Positions 9,519 through 18,450 of a DNA stretch of 64,000 nt are shown here, piece by piece (positions within the stretch are counted from its first letter, which is position 1; each line of letters begins with the position of its first letter). The DNA is from Candidatus Heimdallarchaeota archaeon. GTDB lineage: Archaea > Asgardarchaeota > Heimdallarchaeia > Heimdallarchaeales > Heimdallarchaeaceae. The translations under genes and the position numbers were made by a program. The stretch is from assembly GCA_016840095.1 (NCBI GenBank), contig JAEOSZ010000031.1, forward strand, positions 96,001 to 160,000. The letters run 5' to 3'. The notes under the pieces are model-generated. The model did not search any database, was not told the origin of the DNA, and saw only the letters and a list, made by a program, of their open reading frames with translations.

Positions 9519-10544
9519 TTAATATTTTAGCATATTGTTTACTGCTCTAAAAGCCTTTTTACGAATTTCTTCATCTAGTTCGATAACATTATCATCAGTA
9601 GGTTTTTCCAGAGCTTTCCAGGTAGCAAAAAGATCATTTCTTTTCATACTTATACAGATCATTTTACTATCTTCAAACTGAACATCAGGAAATTCAATTT
9701 TCATACGATCTATGAAACCTTGTTCAGTTAGAAACAATACTTTATCACCCTTAGAAGCTTTGGCAGCATAACGATGCATGTCACCAGTTCCACCGGCATA
9801 ATCAACAGTTTCTATGATTTCTGGTCTGCATTCAAAATGAGCAAAAGTTTTAGTTTCTTTATCTTGAATAAGTCTTTCTAATCTTTTCATAGTGAGTGCG
9901 TGATGAGTTCTACAAAAACCATGCCATGTGATAATGTTCTTTCCTGTCAATTTTGCTAGATTGTGTCCCATATTTTCATCAGGGATAAAGATAATTGTAT
10001 CCTCTTCTAAGCTTTCAATGATTCTGCGAGCATTTGCTGATGTACAACAAATATCTGATTCAGCTTTAACATCTGCATTAGTGTTTACATAGCATACAAC
10101 TGGAGCACCAGGATTTTCATCCTTTAGTTTCTTGACATCTTCTCCGGTAATTGAATCTGCTAAAGTACAATCTCTCCCTCTTGCTGGAACAAGAACTAAC
10201 TTTTCTGGATTGAGTATCTTTACAGACTCAGCCATAAAATCAACACCACAGAACAAGATTCGTTTTTCTGGAATTTCAGTTGCTTTTTTAGCAAGAGCTA
10301 ACGAATCACCTACAATATCAGCAATTCCGAAAACTATATCTGCTGTTTGATAAGAATGTGCTAAGATCTTGAATCCTTTCTCCTTCTTTAATTGGTTAAT
10401 CCTGTAAGTAAATGGAGCAATTGATTCACAGGCACTTCTAGTCCAGCCTAGAGGATTCAATTTAACATATAATCTCTCAACTTCTTCCTCTAGTAAACCG
10501 AACTCCTCTCTTCGTATTTCAGGAGTTTCTTCTACAACTACCAT
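9519..10544 (-). CDS. nadA: Quinolinate synthase
   Basis: LAHSYQ, GDSL, FCGVDFMAE, CTLAD, YVNT, CTSAN, FCRTH, HFEC, CISMK. Confidence 0.95.
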   Translation of the reverse strand: MVVVEETPEIRREEFGLLEEEVERLYVKLNPLGWTRSACESIAPFTYRINQLKKEKGFKILAHSYQTADIVFGIADIVGDSLALAKKATEIPEKRILFCGVDFMAESVKILNPEKLVLVPARGRDCTLADSITGEDVKKLKDENPGAPVVCYVNTNADVKAESDICCTSANARRIIESLEEDTIIFIPDENMGHNLAKLTGKNIITWHGFCRTHHALTMKRLERLIQDKETKTFAHFECRPEIIETVDYAGGTGDMHRYAAKASKGDKVLFLTEQGFIDRMKIEFPDVQFEDSKMICISMKRNDLFATWKALEKPTDDNVIELDEEIRKKAFRAVNNMLKY

Positions 10545-10660
10545 CTCAACCGGACTACTCTTTTAAGAATCGCATTTAAAGACTGTTCGTTTAAGGACAA
10601 AATTGAACAATGATTTACACTATAAACCTTAAAACCTTTGAAAAATTGACTCTTAAGACA

Positions 10661-10708
10661 TTTGCTAGTATACTATAAGCAAAAATTGCCTATTCTTTTC
10701 GGAGAAAA
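10661..10708. promoter_or_regulatory. Palindromes in the nadA / NADK-HTH divergent intergenic region (candidate operators)
   Basis: Perfect TAGTATACTA (10666-10675) flanked by tttgc...gcaaa; TTTTC-gga-GAAAA (10696-10708). Confidence 0.3.
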
Positions 10709-10855
10709 CGACAAAGGAAGTAAGTTTGGATGTCTCTAAATACGATATGTAAAATTCATATGTAGGAGAAATTCTTCATTTTCACTGTTTTCTATGGTAA
10801 AACTATAAATAAATATGAGATATTATTATTAAGCTAAGTATATGTTGATGGAATA

Positions 10856-11902
10856 ATGATAATAGCTCTATATATTGCAAATGAATCCCTCTCAAAAAAA
10901 TTTGCAAATACTATAAAGGATACACTGGTAGAATTAGATGCAGAAGTAGAAATTATCGAATTTGAAGATGAGATTCTGAATGAAGAAAACTGGGAAAATC
11001 TGATGAATGATTTTTCTAATCAAAAAGCTAACTGCATTATTTCTGTAGGTGATACTGGAACATTTCTTAGAGCAATCTTTCTATCAAGATCTTCGATTCC
11101 AGTGGTAGCTGCATCATCTGAAAGTGTGAGTTTTTTCACTGAAATAAGTCCGATTAACATGAGTTATACTTTAGCTAGTATACTTAATCGGAAATATGAT
11201 GTTGACAATTATCATAGAGTAGTCTTCCAAGATTCAGGAAACAATATTCCAATTCCAGCTTTAAATGAAATCGCAATTTTTCCAAAAGATTCTGCACTAC
11301 TAATGAACTATACTTTGATTATTGATAAGAATCAACTCTATCGAGGAAGAGCAGATGGTCTTATTGTATCAACATCTTTGGGAAGCACAGGTTATGCTCT
11401 ATCTAGTGGGGGACCGATTGCATTTGGAAATCCAGATGTGCTGATAATTGTTCCAGTTAACCCTCTAAATAAAGAACACATTCCATTAGTTGTTCCAATT
11501 GATTCGGAAATTAAATTGGTGAATTTGCGCTCTAGATCACCTCTTGAAGCTATTATTGATGGACAAATGAGGATAGGGATTGATGAAGAAATATTAGTTA
11601 GAAAATCAGCTTCTACAGCTAGAATTATTAGATTCCAAGCAAAGAAAAACATACTTGCTAAATTGAGAAACAGACTAGTTGAATTGGATCTTCGAACTTT
11701 GGAGCGTGTCCCTCCTTCAGCAAAATACATCTTTAAATTGCTTTTAACAGAAGGGGAAATGACTCAAAAGGACTTAATTGAGAGCACAGGATTACCAAAT
11801 AGAACAGTTCGTAATGCACTTTCTATACTCAAGGAAAAAGGTGTGATTAATCAAAGACCTCACTTGAGAGATGCTAGACAATCAATCTACTTTGTTGAAT
11901 GA
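10856..11902 (+). CDS. NAD kinase-like protein fused to C-terminal winged helix-turn-helix
   Basis: ALNEI and ADGLIVSTSLGSTGYALSSGGP NADK motifs; GGDGT replaced by GDTGT; C-terminal PPSAK...MTQKDL...RTVRNAL...DARQ MarR-like wHTH. Confidence 0.85.
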   Translation: MIIALYIANESLSKKFANTIKDTLVELDAEVEIIEFEDEILNEENWENLMNDFSNQKANCIISVGDTGTFLRAIFLSRSSIPVVAASSESVSFFTEISPINMSYTLASILNRKYDVDNYHRVVFQDSGNNIPIPALNEIAIFPKDSALLMNYTLIIDKNQLYRGRADGLIVSTSLGSTGYALSSGGPIAFGNPDVLIIVPVNPLNKEHIPLVVPIDSEIKLVNLRSRSPLEAIIDGQMRIGIDEEILVRKSASTARIIRFQAKKNILAKLRNRLVELDLRTLERVPPSAKYIFKLLLTEGEMTQKDLIESTGLPNRTVRNALSILKEKGVINQRPHLRDARQSIYFVE

Positions 11903-11953
11903 AATTCTTCTTACGCTAGTACTATCAGTTTTCTTAAATATTCCACCTACATA

Positions 11954-11980
11954 ATATTGTGAGAGAATACTCTACAATAT
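11954..11980. promoter_or_regulatory. Inverted repeat upstream of small GTPase
   Basis: ATATTGT(g)AGAG-aata-CTCTACAATAT, 11-bp stem with one bulge. Confidence 0.45.
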
Positions 11981-12000
11981 CTAGGGGATAAAAGTTGAAT

Positions 12001-12687
12001 ATGCTTGAACCATTAGTTATGAAAAAGGTGACAATATTAGGAACTACTGGTTCAGGAAAAACTACATTCTTGGAAGCTCTGTTTGGGAATATAGAGAAGA
12101 ATGATGTTGCTCGTAGAGTATTCAAAGAAGTTCAGAGTAACTTAGATTTCACACCTCTAAAATACAACAATTTTACTTCAAGTACTACAACAATTTCTCT
12201 TAATGTAGTTAACTCAGTTATAGTTCTAACAAGATTCAACAAGGTATTAATCAAAAAGTTTGAGGATAGAGAAACTATTGATTTTGAATCCATTGATTCA
12301 GCTTTTCAGGTAGTTTTATCTGATCCAGCTGGGCAAGAAAGGTTTAATTTCATGCAAGAAATTGCCTTAAAAGGCTCTGATTTAGTTATCATTATGGCTG
12401 ATGGTACAAATATTTCTTCTATGGAGAAAATTCTCCATTATTTGGAAATGGTTCAAATGGAAGAATACAGAAAAAATAGACAAATTCCTGTACTAGTTTT
12501 CATCAACAAATCTGATCTTAGAGATAGAGGTATATATTTAGGAAAGGATGTTGCAGAGAGAATAGTTTTTTCTTCTATTATTGATCGTGAGATTGTTTTT
12601 TACGAAACTTCTAATCTTGATGCAAGGTGTTATGAACTTCCCTTAACTATTATCTTCAATTATTTAGCAATGCAGGCTTATTCCTAA
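12001..12687 (+). CDS. Small Ras-superfamily-like GTPase
   Basis: G1 GTTGSGKT, G2 TTT, G3 DPAGQERF, G4 NKSD, G5 ETSNL; no C-terminal prenylation Cys; alternative TTG start at 11995. Confidence 0.88.
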   Translation: MLEPLVMKKVTILGTTGSGKTTFLEALFGNIEKNDVARRVFKEVQSNLDFTPLKYNNFTSSTTTISLNVVNSVIVLTRFNKVLIKKFEDRETIDFESIDSAFQVVLSDPAGQERFNFMQEIALKGSDLVIIMADGTNISSMEKILHYLEMVQMEEYRKNRQIPVLVFINKSDLRDRGIYLGKDVAERIVFSSIIDREIVFYETSNLDARCYELPLTIIFNYLAMQAYS

Positions 12688-12746
12688 AATCCTTTCAAAC
12701 TAACTAAATCTTTATCTATTTTGGTTGATTGGTTCAGTTGAAGGCA

Positions 12747-13112
12747 ATGAAACAGATTAAACAGCTTACTTTCAATATTACTCAAAGTAGGCGTATAAAG
12801 AACTATTCTCAAAAAAATAATATTCCTGAAAAAGAACTGTTAGCTCGTTATCAATCTGCTATGCATGTGATTTTTCTTGCCTGGAAAAAGAATCAAGAGC
12901 TTAATCCAGATTTACCATTCAGAACATTTTTTCTAGATATTATGAAATATGCAGAATTTGTCTTCAGATTAAAAGAGAGAAAAGTAGATCTAGTAAAAAT
13001 TACTGAACATGTAGAGATTTTAGAAGATGCTATTGAGGAATATAAACAAGACTACAACAAACTGATTGGAATTGAGAAAGTAGTTAAAGAATATGAAGAG
13101 AGGAATGCTTGA
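12747..13112 (+). CDS. Hypothetical alpha-helical protein
   Basis: Clean ORF with C-terminal coiled-coil-like segment; stop overlaps next start. Confidence 0.7.
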   Translation: MKQIKQLTFNITQSRRIKNYSQKNNIPEKELLARYQSAMHVIFLAWKKNQELNPDLPFRTFFLDIMKYAEFVFRLKERKVDLVKITEHVEILEDAIEEYKQDYNKLIGIEKVVKEYEERNA

Positions 13113-13561
13113 TGAAAATAGGTACAACACAATTCACTGTCAAATTCAAAGATAAGATTCCTTGTGACGATGAAGAGCTTCTTGCTAGTGATTTAGCATA
13201 TTATCTTTATTACCTAGAACTAATTCCAGAAGAACTTAGTGATTGGAATATGGACGATCTTAATTCTAAAAGAAAAGATGATGAAGAAGTCTTTACTAAA
13301 CTAAGTCGCGAATATTCAAACTTATTCAAAACCTATGCTCTGATTAGACTCAAAGCAAATGAATTATATGAAGGAAATAGGGTTATTGCATTAACTATGG
13401 GATTGCTAAGACAAAAATTACTACAGTTAAAAGAATCAGGTGTGGAACTCCCTCTTGACTATGTTGAATCTATAGAACATATCGAACATTTCATCTACAG
13501 ATATCTTACCAAGAAACAAGACAAGAGACTAGTAGAACAAGTAGTTTTTGATGAAAGGTAA
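13109..13561 (+). CDS. Hypothetical alpha-helical protein
   Basis: Translationally coupled (TTGATG) to upstream ORF. Confidence 0.7.
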   Translation: MMKIGTTQFTVKFKDKIPCDDEELLASDLAYYLYYLELIPEELSDWNMDDLNSKRKDDEEVFTKLSREYSNLFKTYALIRLKANELYEGNRVIALTMGLLRQKLLQLKESGVELPLDYVESIEHIEHFIYRYLTKKQDKRLVEQVVFDER

Positions 13562-13584
13562 AAAAATATTTTGTCGGTATTACA

Positions 13585-13622
13585 GACCTTTTAGATAAGG
13601 TCGCGACCTTCTTAACAAGGTT
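13585..13622. repeat. Doubled inverted-repeat array (candidate recombinase binding/crossover site or operator)
   Basis: GACCTT-ttagat-AAGGTC-gc-GACCTT-cttaac-AAGGTT, with perfect 14-bp central palindrome AAGGTCGCGACCTT (13597-13610); ends 3 bp before recombinase ATG. Confidence 0.8.
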
Positions 13623-13625
13623 AAA

Positions 13626-14357
13626 ATGATTCGTTGTATTATTTATGTAAGAACTTCAACAGCTGATCAAGAATCAGGTCTGGAAACACAAATAGATGAT
13701 GTCACTGCGAAAATCTATCAAGCTGGAGACAGGGAGATAGTCAGAATCATTAGAGATGAAGATGTTCCAGGAGACAGCGATCCAGAATATAGAGATGGAT
13801 TCAAAGAAATTTTGCAAATGGTTGAAGATGATGAATTTGATGAGCTATGGAGTCAGTCAAGAGATAGACTATCAAGGGATGTTGATATTCTAGGTTATAT
13901 CAGAGTCATGCTCAAAAAGAAAGACATTTCCATCATTTGTTTGGATGATGAAGATAACAAAGCTTTTGCTAGAATAAAAGATCTATTTGGTGAAATGGAA
14001 CTTGAGAAATATAGGGAAAAGCGTTACAAAGGAATGTTGAGAAGGATAGAGAGTAAGAAGGTTATGTCACGCCCTCCTTTTGGTTATACAGTTAACGAAG
14101 AAGGAAGCTTAATTATTGATGAAAGTAAAATGGGTCTTATTAGACGTCTTTTTGGTGAGTTTGACAATCCATTTGCATCACTCAAAACACTGAGTATCAA
14201 ATACAATATTCCTGTATCAACATTGAGGAATATTAGGTCAAACCCAATATACCGAACCGGTGAAGTACGTTGGGCAGGGAAAATTGCTTACTATGTTGAC
14301 CCTATTGTTCCTGAAGATAAAGATCAAATGTTAAAAACTGAATGGGAAGCAAACTAA
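13626..14357 (+). CDS. Serine recombinase (catalytic domain plus compact recombinase domain, no zinc ribbon)
   Basis: YVRTSTADQ (catalytic Ser), DRLSR, RPPFGY, SNPIY...PIV. Confidence 0.92.
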   Translation: MIRCIIYVRTSTADQESGLETQIDDVTAKIYQAGDREIVRIIRDEDVPGDSDPEYRDGFKEILQMVEDDEFDELWSQSRDRLSRDVDILGYIRVMLKKKDISIICLDDEDNKAFARIKDLFGEMELEKYREKRYKGMLRRIESKKVMSRPPFGYTVNEEGSLIIDESKMGLIRRLFGEFDNPFASLKTLSIKYNIPVSTLRNIRSNPIYRTGEVRWAGKIAYYVDPIVPEDKDQMLKTEWEAN

Positions 14358-14362
14358 TCTTC

Positions 14363-15268
14363 TCATTCATACATTTCTCTAATATACTCTTTTTCTAGTA
14401 CTAATTTTACATCAGGTATGTTGGTACTGAAACCATGTTCTGTTACAAAACCTGCAATTAAGCTAGCTGGAATTATCTCAAAATAAGGATTATAGACTTT
14501 TACTTCTGCTGGTCTATCTTTAGCCCAAACCTCGCTAGATGGATAGCTTTGTATTGTAAATGGTATCGTTTTCAGAAGTAATTTGAGTGTTGTACTTACA
14601 ACATAGAATGGTACCTTGCATTGAAAAGCAAAAATAGCCAAAGCATGACAACCAATTTTGTTTACAACATTACCATTTGGAAATATAGTATCTGCACCAA
14701 TTAACACTAAATCAGGATTAAGAGCTTTTATCGCTCTACCAACAGCTGCATCAACAAGGTAGTTTACTTTGAAACCTAGGTTTACTACTTCTAAAGCTAA
14801 TTTCTTTCCTTCTAAAGCTGGTCTTGATTCAAATATTGTAAGTTCTGGAAGGTTTTCTTTATCCTGTATTTCGCTAAGTTTTCTAAGAGCACTGAAAATT
14901 GTGCTAGACCTTGACATGGTTACAATGTTTTTACACTTTGAAATTATAGGTAATAGTTTTTCAATCAAATGATCCCTTTGATCATCCATCTTTTGAATCA
15001 CTCTATCAGCTAAATCTTCAACTGCAACTCCATGTTGAAAGAAATCGATAAAATAAATCAGAACATTTCGAAGTGCAGACATTTCTTTCTTTATTTCTAT
15101 TACCTCACGAAGCATCTCAGATAAATCCATTATCTTTCCATACTTAGAAGGATCTTTCTGTATCTCATTTTTTATGAGTAGAATTGCTTTTCTAACAATT
15201 TCTTCAGACCCACTAGTTTTGTCTGCTTTTAAATCGGAAATTCGCTCATGAAATTCTTCTGAATACAC
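14363..15268 (-). CDS. eIF-2B alpha/beta/delta family protein
   Basis: ESRPALEG, VDAAV, IGADTI, NKIG, NPYFE; TMSRS where the isomerases have a catalytic Cys. Confidence 0.85.
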   Translation of the reverse strand: MYSEEFHERISDLKADKTSGSEEIVRKAILLIKNEIQKDPSKYGKIMDLSEMLREVIEIKKEMSALRNVLIYFIDFFQHGVAVEDLADRVIQKMDDQRDHLIEKLLPIISKCKNIVTMSRSSTIFSALRKLSEIQDKENLPELTIFESRPALEGKKLALEVVNLGFKVNYLVDAAVGRAIKALNPDLVLIGADTIFPNGNVVNKIGCHALAIFAFQCKVPFYVVSTTLKLLLKTIPFTIQSYPSSEVWAKDRPAEVKVYNPYFEIIPASLIAGFVTEHGFSTNIPDVKLVLEKEYIREMYE

Positions 15269-15324
15269 AAAGCTTCAATTGGAAATGCCTTTAAAAAGTT
15301 GTTTTTTAAACATATAAAGGAAAA

Positions 15325-16059
15325 TCATATGCCAAAGAAGTCTTTTCTGCTATCTATAATCTCAATGTAAAGTCTATCTAACTTATGGGTTAGATGAATT
15401 ATATGTTCAGGTAGAATTTCTTCATCCCATTTGTTAAAGAAGGATTTGACTGTAGCTAGATCTTCTTCATCAACCATCATATCTTTTTGAAGTCGAATTA
15501 CAAGGAGTGGAATGTTTTTGTTTTCTTCAAGAATATTTTCAACATTTCTTCCAACTAATCTAACGCATTGATTGTACTCTTTTTTCATTTTGCTAGCACC
15601 ATTTTCAATTAACCTCTCTAATCCCTCAAAGGATGCAGGGATAGCCTTCTTTAGGTTGAAACCAGTAACAATAAGGTTGAATGGAAAGAGAAGAGCAATA
15701 ATACTAGCTAGGAAGTAAATTAATGGTACAGGAAGTTTGAATAGGAAATTGAGAAACCAGTGTGGTGTTAATATTCTTGCTGCTCCAACCAAAATAACTC
15801 CTTTACAATTAGGAAGAGCTTTACGACTTAGAAGTTCTATTAAATTGCATCCACCCATGCTATATCCAACAATCATATAGGATCGATTTTCAGGAATAAC
15901 AGATTCCATTTCATCTAAATGATCTTCAATTGAATATCTTTTGTAATTGGTTGTATGTGCAAAATTCTCCTCCCCATACCTTTCTTCATAAGCTGGGTAT
16001 TTCCTGTAATAATTACTGAAACCAGGAGCTAATACCATGAAAGGTTCTTTCTCAGACAT
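15325..16059 (-). CDS. Alpha/beta hydrolase
   Basis: GYSMGG nucleophile elbow, downstream Asp (KDMMV) and His. Confidence 0.8.
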   Translation of the reverse strand: MSEKEPFMVLAPGFSNYYRKYPAYEERYGEENFAHTTNYKRYSIEDHLDEMESVIPENRSYMIVGYSMGGCNLIELLSRKALPNCKGVILVGAARILTPHWFLNFLFKLPVPLIYFLASIIALLFPFNLIVTGFNLKKAIPASFEGLERLIENGASKMKKEYNQCVRLVGRNVENILEENKNIPLLVIRLQKDMMVDEEDLATVKSFFNKWDEEILPEHIIHLTHKLDRLYIEIIDSRKDFFGI

Positions 16060-16151
16060 AGTATTTGTGATAGTTAACTTGGTTTTAAGTTTTTTTCAAA
16101 TAATGAGGTTTCAAAGCAAAATCTAAAAAGGAGTTGAAATATCAATCCAGT

Positions 16152-17060
16152 ATGGTTAATTTCCTCTTCATCATTTCAGTGTTTTCTGGTTTAGCTTCTT
16201 TTGCTCTTTATAACATTGGTTTTGTTCTGGAGAAGAAAGCAATAAACAAAATGTCAGAGGAAATGAAAAAGACTACAAAAGCCATGTTGAAATCGATTTT
16301 AAAGAATAAACTTTGGTTATTTGGATTACTCCTAACTATACTAAGTATAGGTTTTTACTATGTAGCATTGTTATGGGCTCCACTAAGTGCTATTGCACCT
16401 TTAGCTGGTTTTGGAATCATAGTTTTGGTTATTTTTGCTCATGTAGATCTCAAAGAAACAGTTAGAAGAATTGAACTCATTGGTTTCCTTCTAATCCTTG
16501 GAGGAATAACAGCTTCTTCATATCTAACAAGCTTAGGTGAGTCTTCTCTTTCTTGGAGTCAATGGAAAACAGTTTCTCATTCATGGCAAAGTGTAATTAT
16601 GATAGTTGGAAGTCTTATTATTGCAATATCATTTACCTTTGTACCTGTGATTTTTAAAAGAAAAATAAGACCTTTTGATATAGCAATTTTTGCTGGAATT
16701 ATTGCTGGTCTTCAGGCAATAGTAATTAAAGGAGTCACAATATGGACTTCAGAAGGAAATTGGAATACAGACATAGTTATTGCTGTAGTGTATGTTTTTG
16801 GATTCTTATTAACTGCTCTTCTGTCTACAGGAAGTCTTCAATTCGCATTTAGAGAAGGGAAGGTTTCTAGTATCATGTCAATTTACAATGGAGTCATGAC
16901 TATATTTCCAATATTCTTTGGAGGAATTCTTCTTGGAGAATGGAATTTGCTATCGGTTCTAGAGCAAACATTTCTAGGAATTTCAATTTTCGTAACTTTA
17001 GCTGGAGTAGTGATCATAAGTTTTCATCACACTCATTCTTTCACAGAAACTAGTCGATGA
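16152..17060 (+). CDS. DMT superfamily (NIPA-like Mg2+ transporter) membrane protein
   Basis: About 9 TM; LWLFG...ALLWAPLSAIAPL...LKE pattern. Confidence 0.7.
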   Translation: MVNFLFIISVFSGLASFALYNIGFVLEKKAINKMSEEMKKTTKAMLKSILKNKLWLFGLLLTILSIGFYYVALLWAPLSAIAPLAGFGIIVLVIFAHVDLKETVRRIELIGFLLILGGITASSYLTSLGESSLSWSQWKTVSHSWQSVIMIVGSLIIAISFTFVPVIFKRKIRPFDIAIFAGIIAGLQAIVIKGVTIWTSEGNWNTDIVIAVVYVFGFLLTALLSTGSLQFAFREGKVSSIMSIYNGVMTIFPIFFGGILLGEWNLLSVLEQTFLGISIFVTLAGVVIISFHHTHSFTETSR

Positions 17061-18388
17061 GTAATTTTTTCAATTTCATCTAATGACATATCAATATCTT
17101 GGTTCAATAAAATGGAATTTTCCACAATCAATTTTCCATTACTTATTACATTTGTAACATCATTTCCCTTCATTGAGTAGGCGAAGTGATTAAGAATATA
17201 ATTTTCATCAAAGTTAGGTGTTAAATGTGGTTTCCTGAGGTTGATTGTTACAATATCTGCAAATGAACCTTTCTCTAAAGTTCCAATCCCTTCCCATCCA
17301 AGAGCTTTAGCTCCACCAATAGTAGCTAATTTCAATACTTCCTCTGCTTTTATTACAACAGGATTATGTTGAAGTCCCTTGTAGTATAATGCTAGAAATC
17401 TAATTGTATCAAAAAGATCCAATGTATTGTTACTAGAGGGGCCATCAGTACCTAAGCCTATCCTGTCTATTGATTGAATCATTTTGGGAATAGGTGGCAT
17501 GTAATTTCCAAGTTTAGCATTTGAAAGTGGATTAATTGAGATTCTTGTTCCTCTTTCTTTTAATGTTTCAATGTCTTTATCGTTTACATGAATACAGTGA
17601 GCTGCAATTAGATTCTCATCTAAAACTCCAATTTTATCAAGAAATTCTACTGGTGTTTTCACATCTGGATAGGGAACATCAAATTTGTTGTTGAAACTCT
17701 TGCTATCTTCAATTTCAGTTTCAGATTCAGCTAAGTGAGTATGAATGTACACCTGAGGAATATCTGTGTTCTCAGAGTTATATTCATCTATGAATTGATG
17801 AGCAGCTTTGAAATCAGCAATATTAACAGTATAAGGAGAATGTAAAGCCAAGGAAACACGTATAGTTTCATCCATAGTATTATGATGTTCCTTAACAATT
17901 TCAATAGCCTCTTCTAAGGTAGTTATACCGGTGAGTAAAGGTGCAGCGACCATCCCTTTCAAACCTATATCAGTGATTGCTTTTGCTTCGAATTTTGGAT
18001 ACCAATACATTGAATTAACTGTTGTGACACCACTAAGTATTGATTCCATACTCCCAAGTAGAGCACCTTGATAAACGTCTTCACCAGTTAATTTAGCTTC
18101 TAAGGGCCAAATGTGATCCTCTAACCAAGTTTTTAGAGGAAGATTATCTGCAATTCCTCGAAAAATTGTCATAGCTATATGTGTGTGGCAATTTATTAAA
18201 CCTGGAATAATAAGCTGATTTTTATCTCCAATCACATCATGGCCAGACAAGTACTGTTTCATCCTAACATAAGGACCAATTTCTACTATTCTATCTTCTT
18301 CAATAATCAGTAGGGGATGCTTAACAAATTTAAGATTTAAATCTTTATCAAAGTAAATTGCCACTCTACCTTCAACAGCAAGTTCCAT
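17033..18388 (-). CDS. Amidohydrolase, MTA/SAH deaminase-like
   Basis: PGLINCHTH, HSPYT, HTHLAE, AAHC, GTDG, GSFADI; start moved to MELAVEG. Confidence 0.85.
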   Translation of the reverse strand: MELAVEGRVAIYFDKDLNLKFVKHPLLIIEEDRIVEIGPYVRMKQYLSGHDVIGDKNQLIIPGLINCHTHIAMTIFRGIADNLPLKTWLEDHIWPLEAKLTGEDVYQGALLGSMESILSGVTTVNSMYWYPKFEAKAITDIGLKGMVAAPLLTGITTLEEAIEIVKEHHNTMDETIRVSLALHSPYTVNIADFKAAHQFIDEYNSENTDIPQVYIHTHLAESETEIEDSKSFNNKFDVPYPDVKTPVEFLDKIGVLDENLIAAHCIHVNDKDIETLKERGTRISINPLSNAKLGNYMPPIPKMIQSIDRIGLGTDGPSSNNTLDLFDTIRFLALYYKGLQHNPVVIKAEEVLKLATIGGAKALGWEGIGTLEKGSFADIVTINLRKPHLTPNFDENYILNHFAYSMKGNDVTNVISNGKLIVENSILLNQDIDMSLDEIEKITHRLVSVKE

Positions 18389-18450
18389 AAGAGAGAAAAA
18401 GAAGAAAATTATTTGAGTGTTGTCTAAGTGATACAATTATATTTAGAAAA

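Noticed and set aside
13626-14357. IS607 transposase or prophage integrase
   Set aside because: No N-terminal HTH, no tnpB, no zinc ribbon, no phage genes and no flanking att repeats seen.
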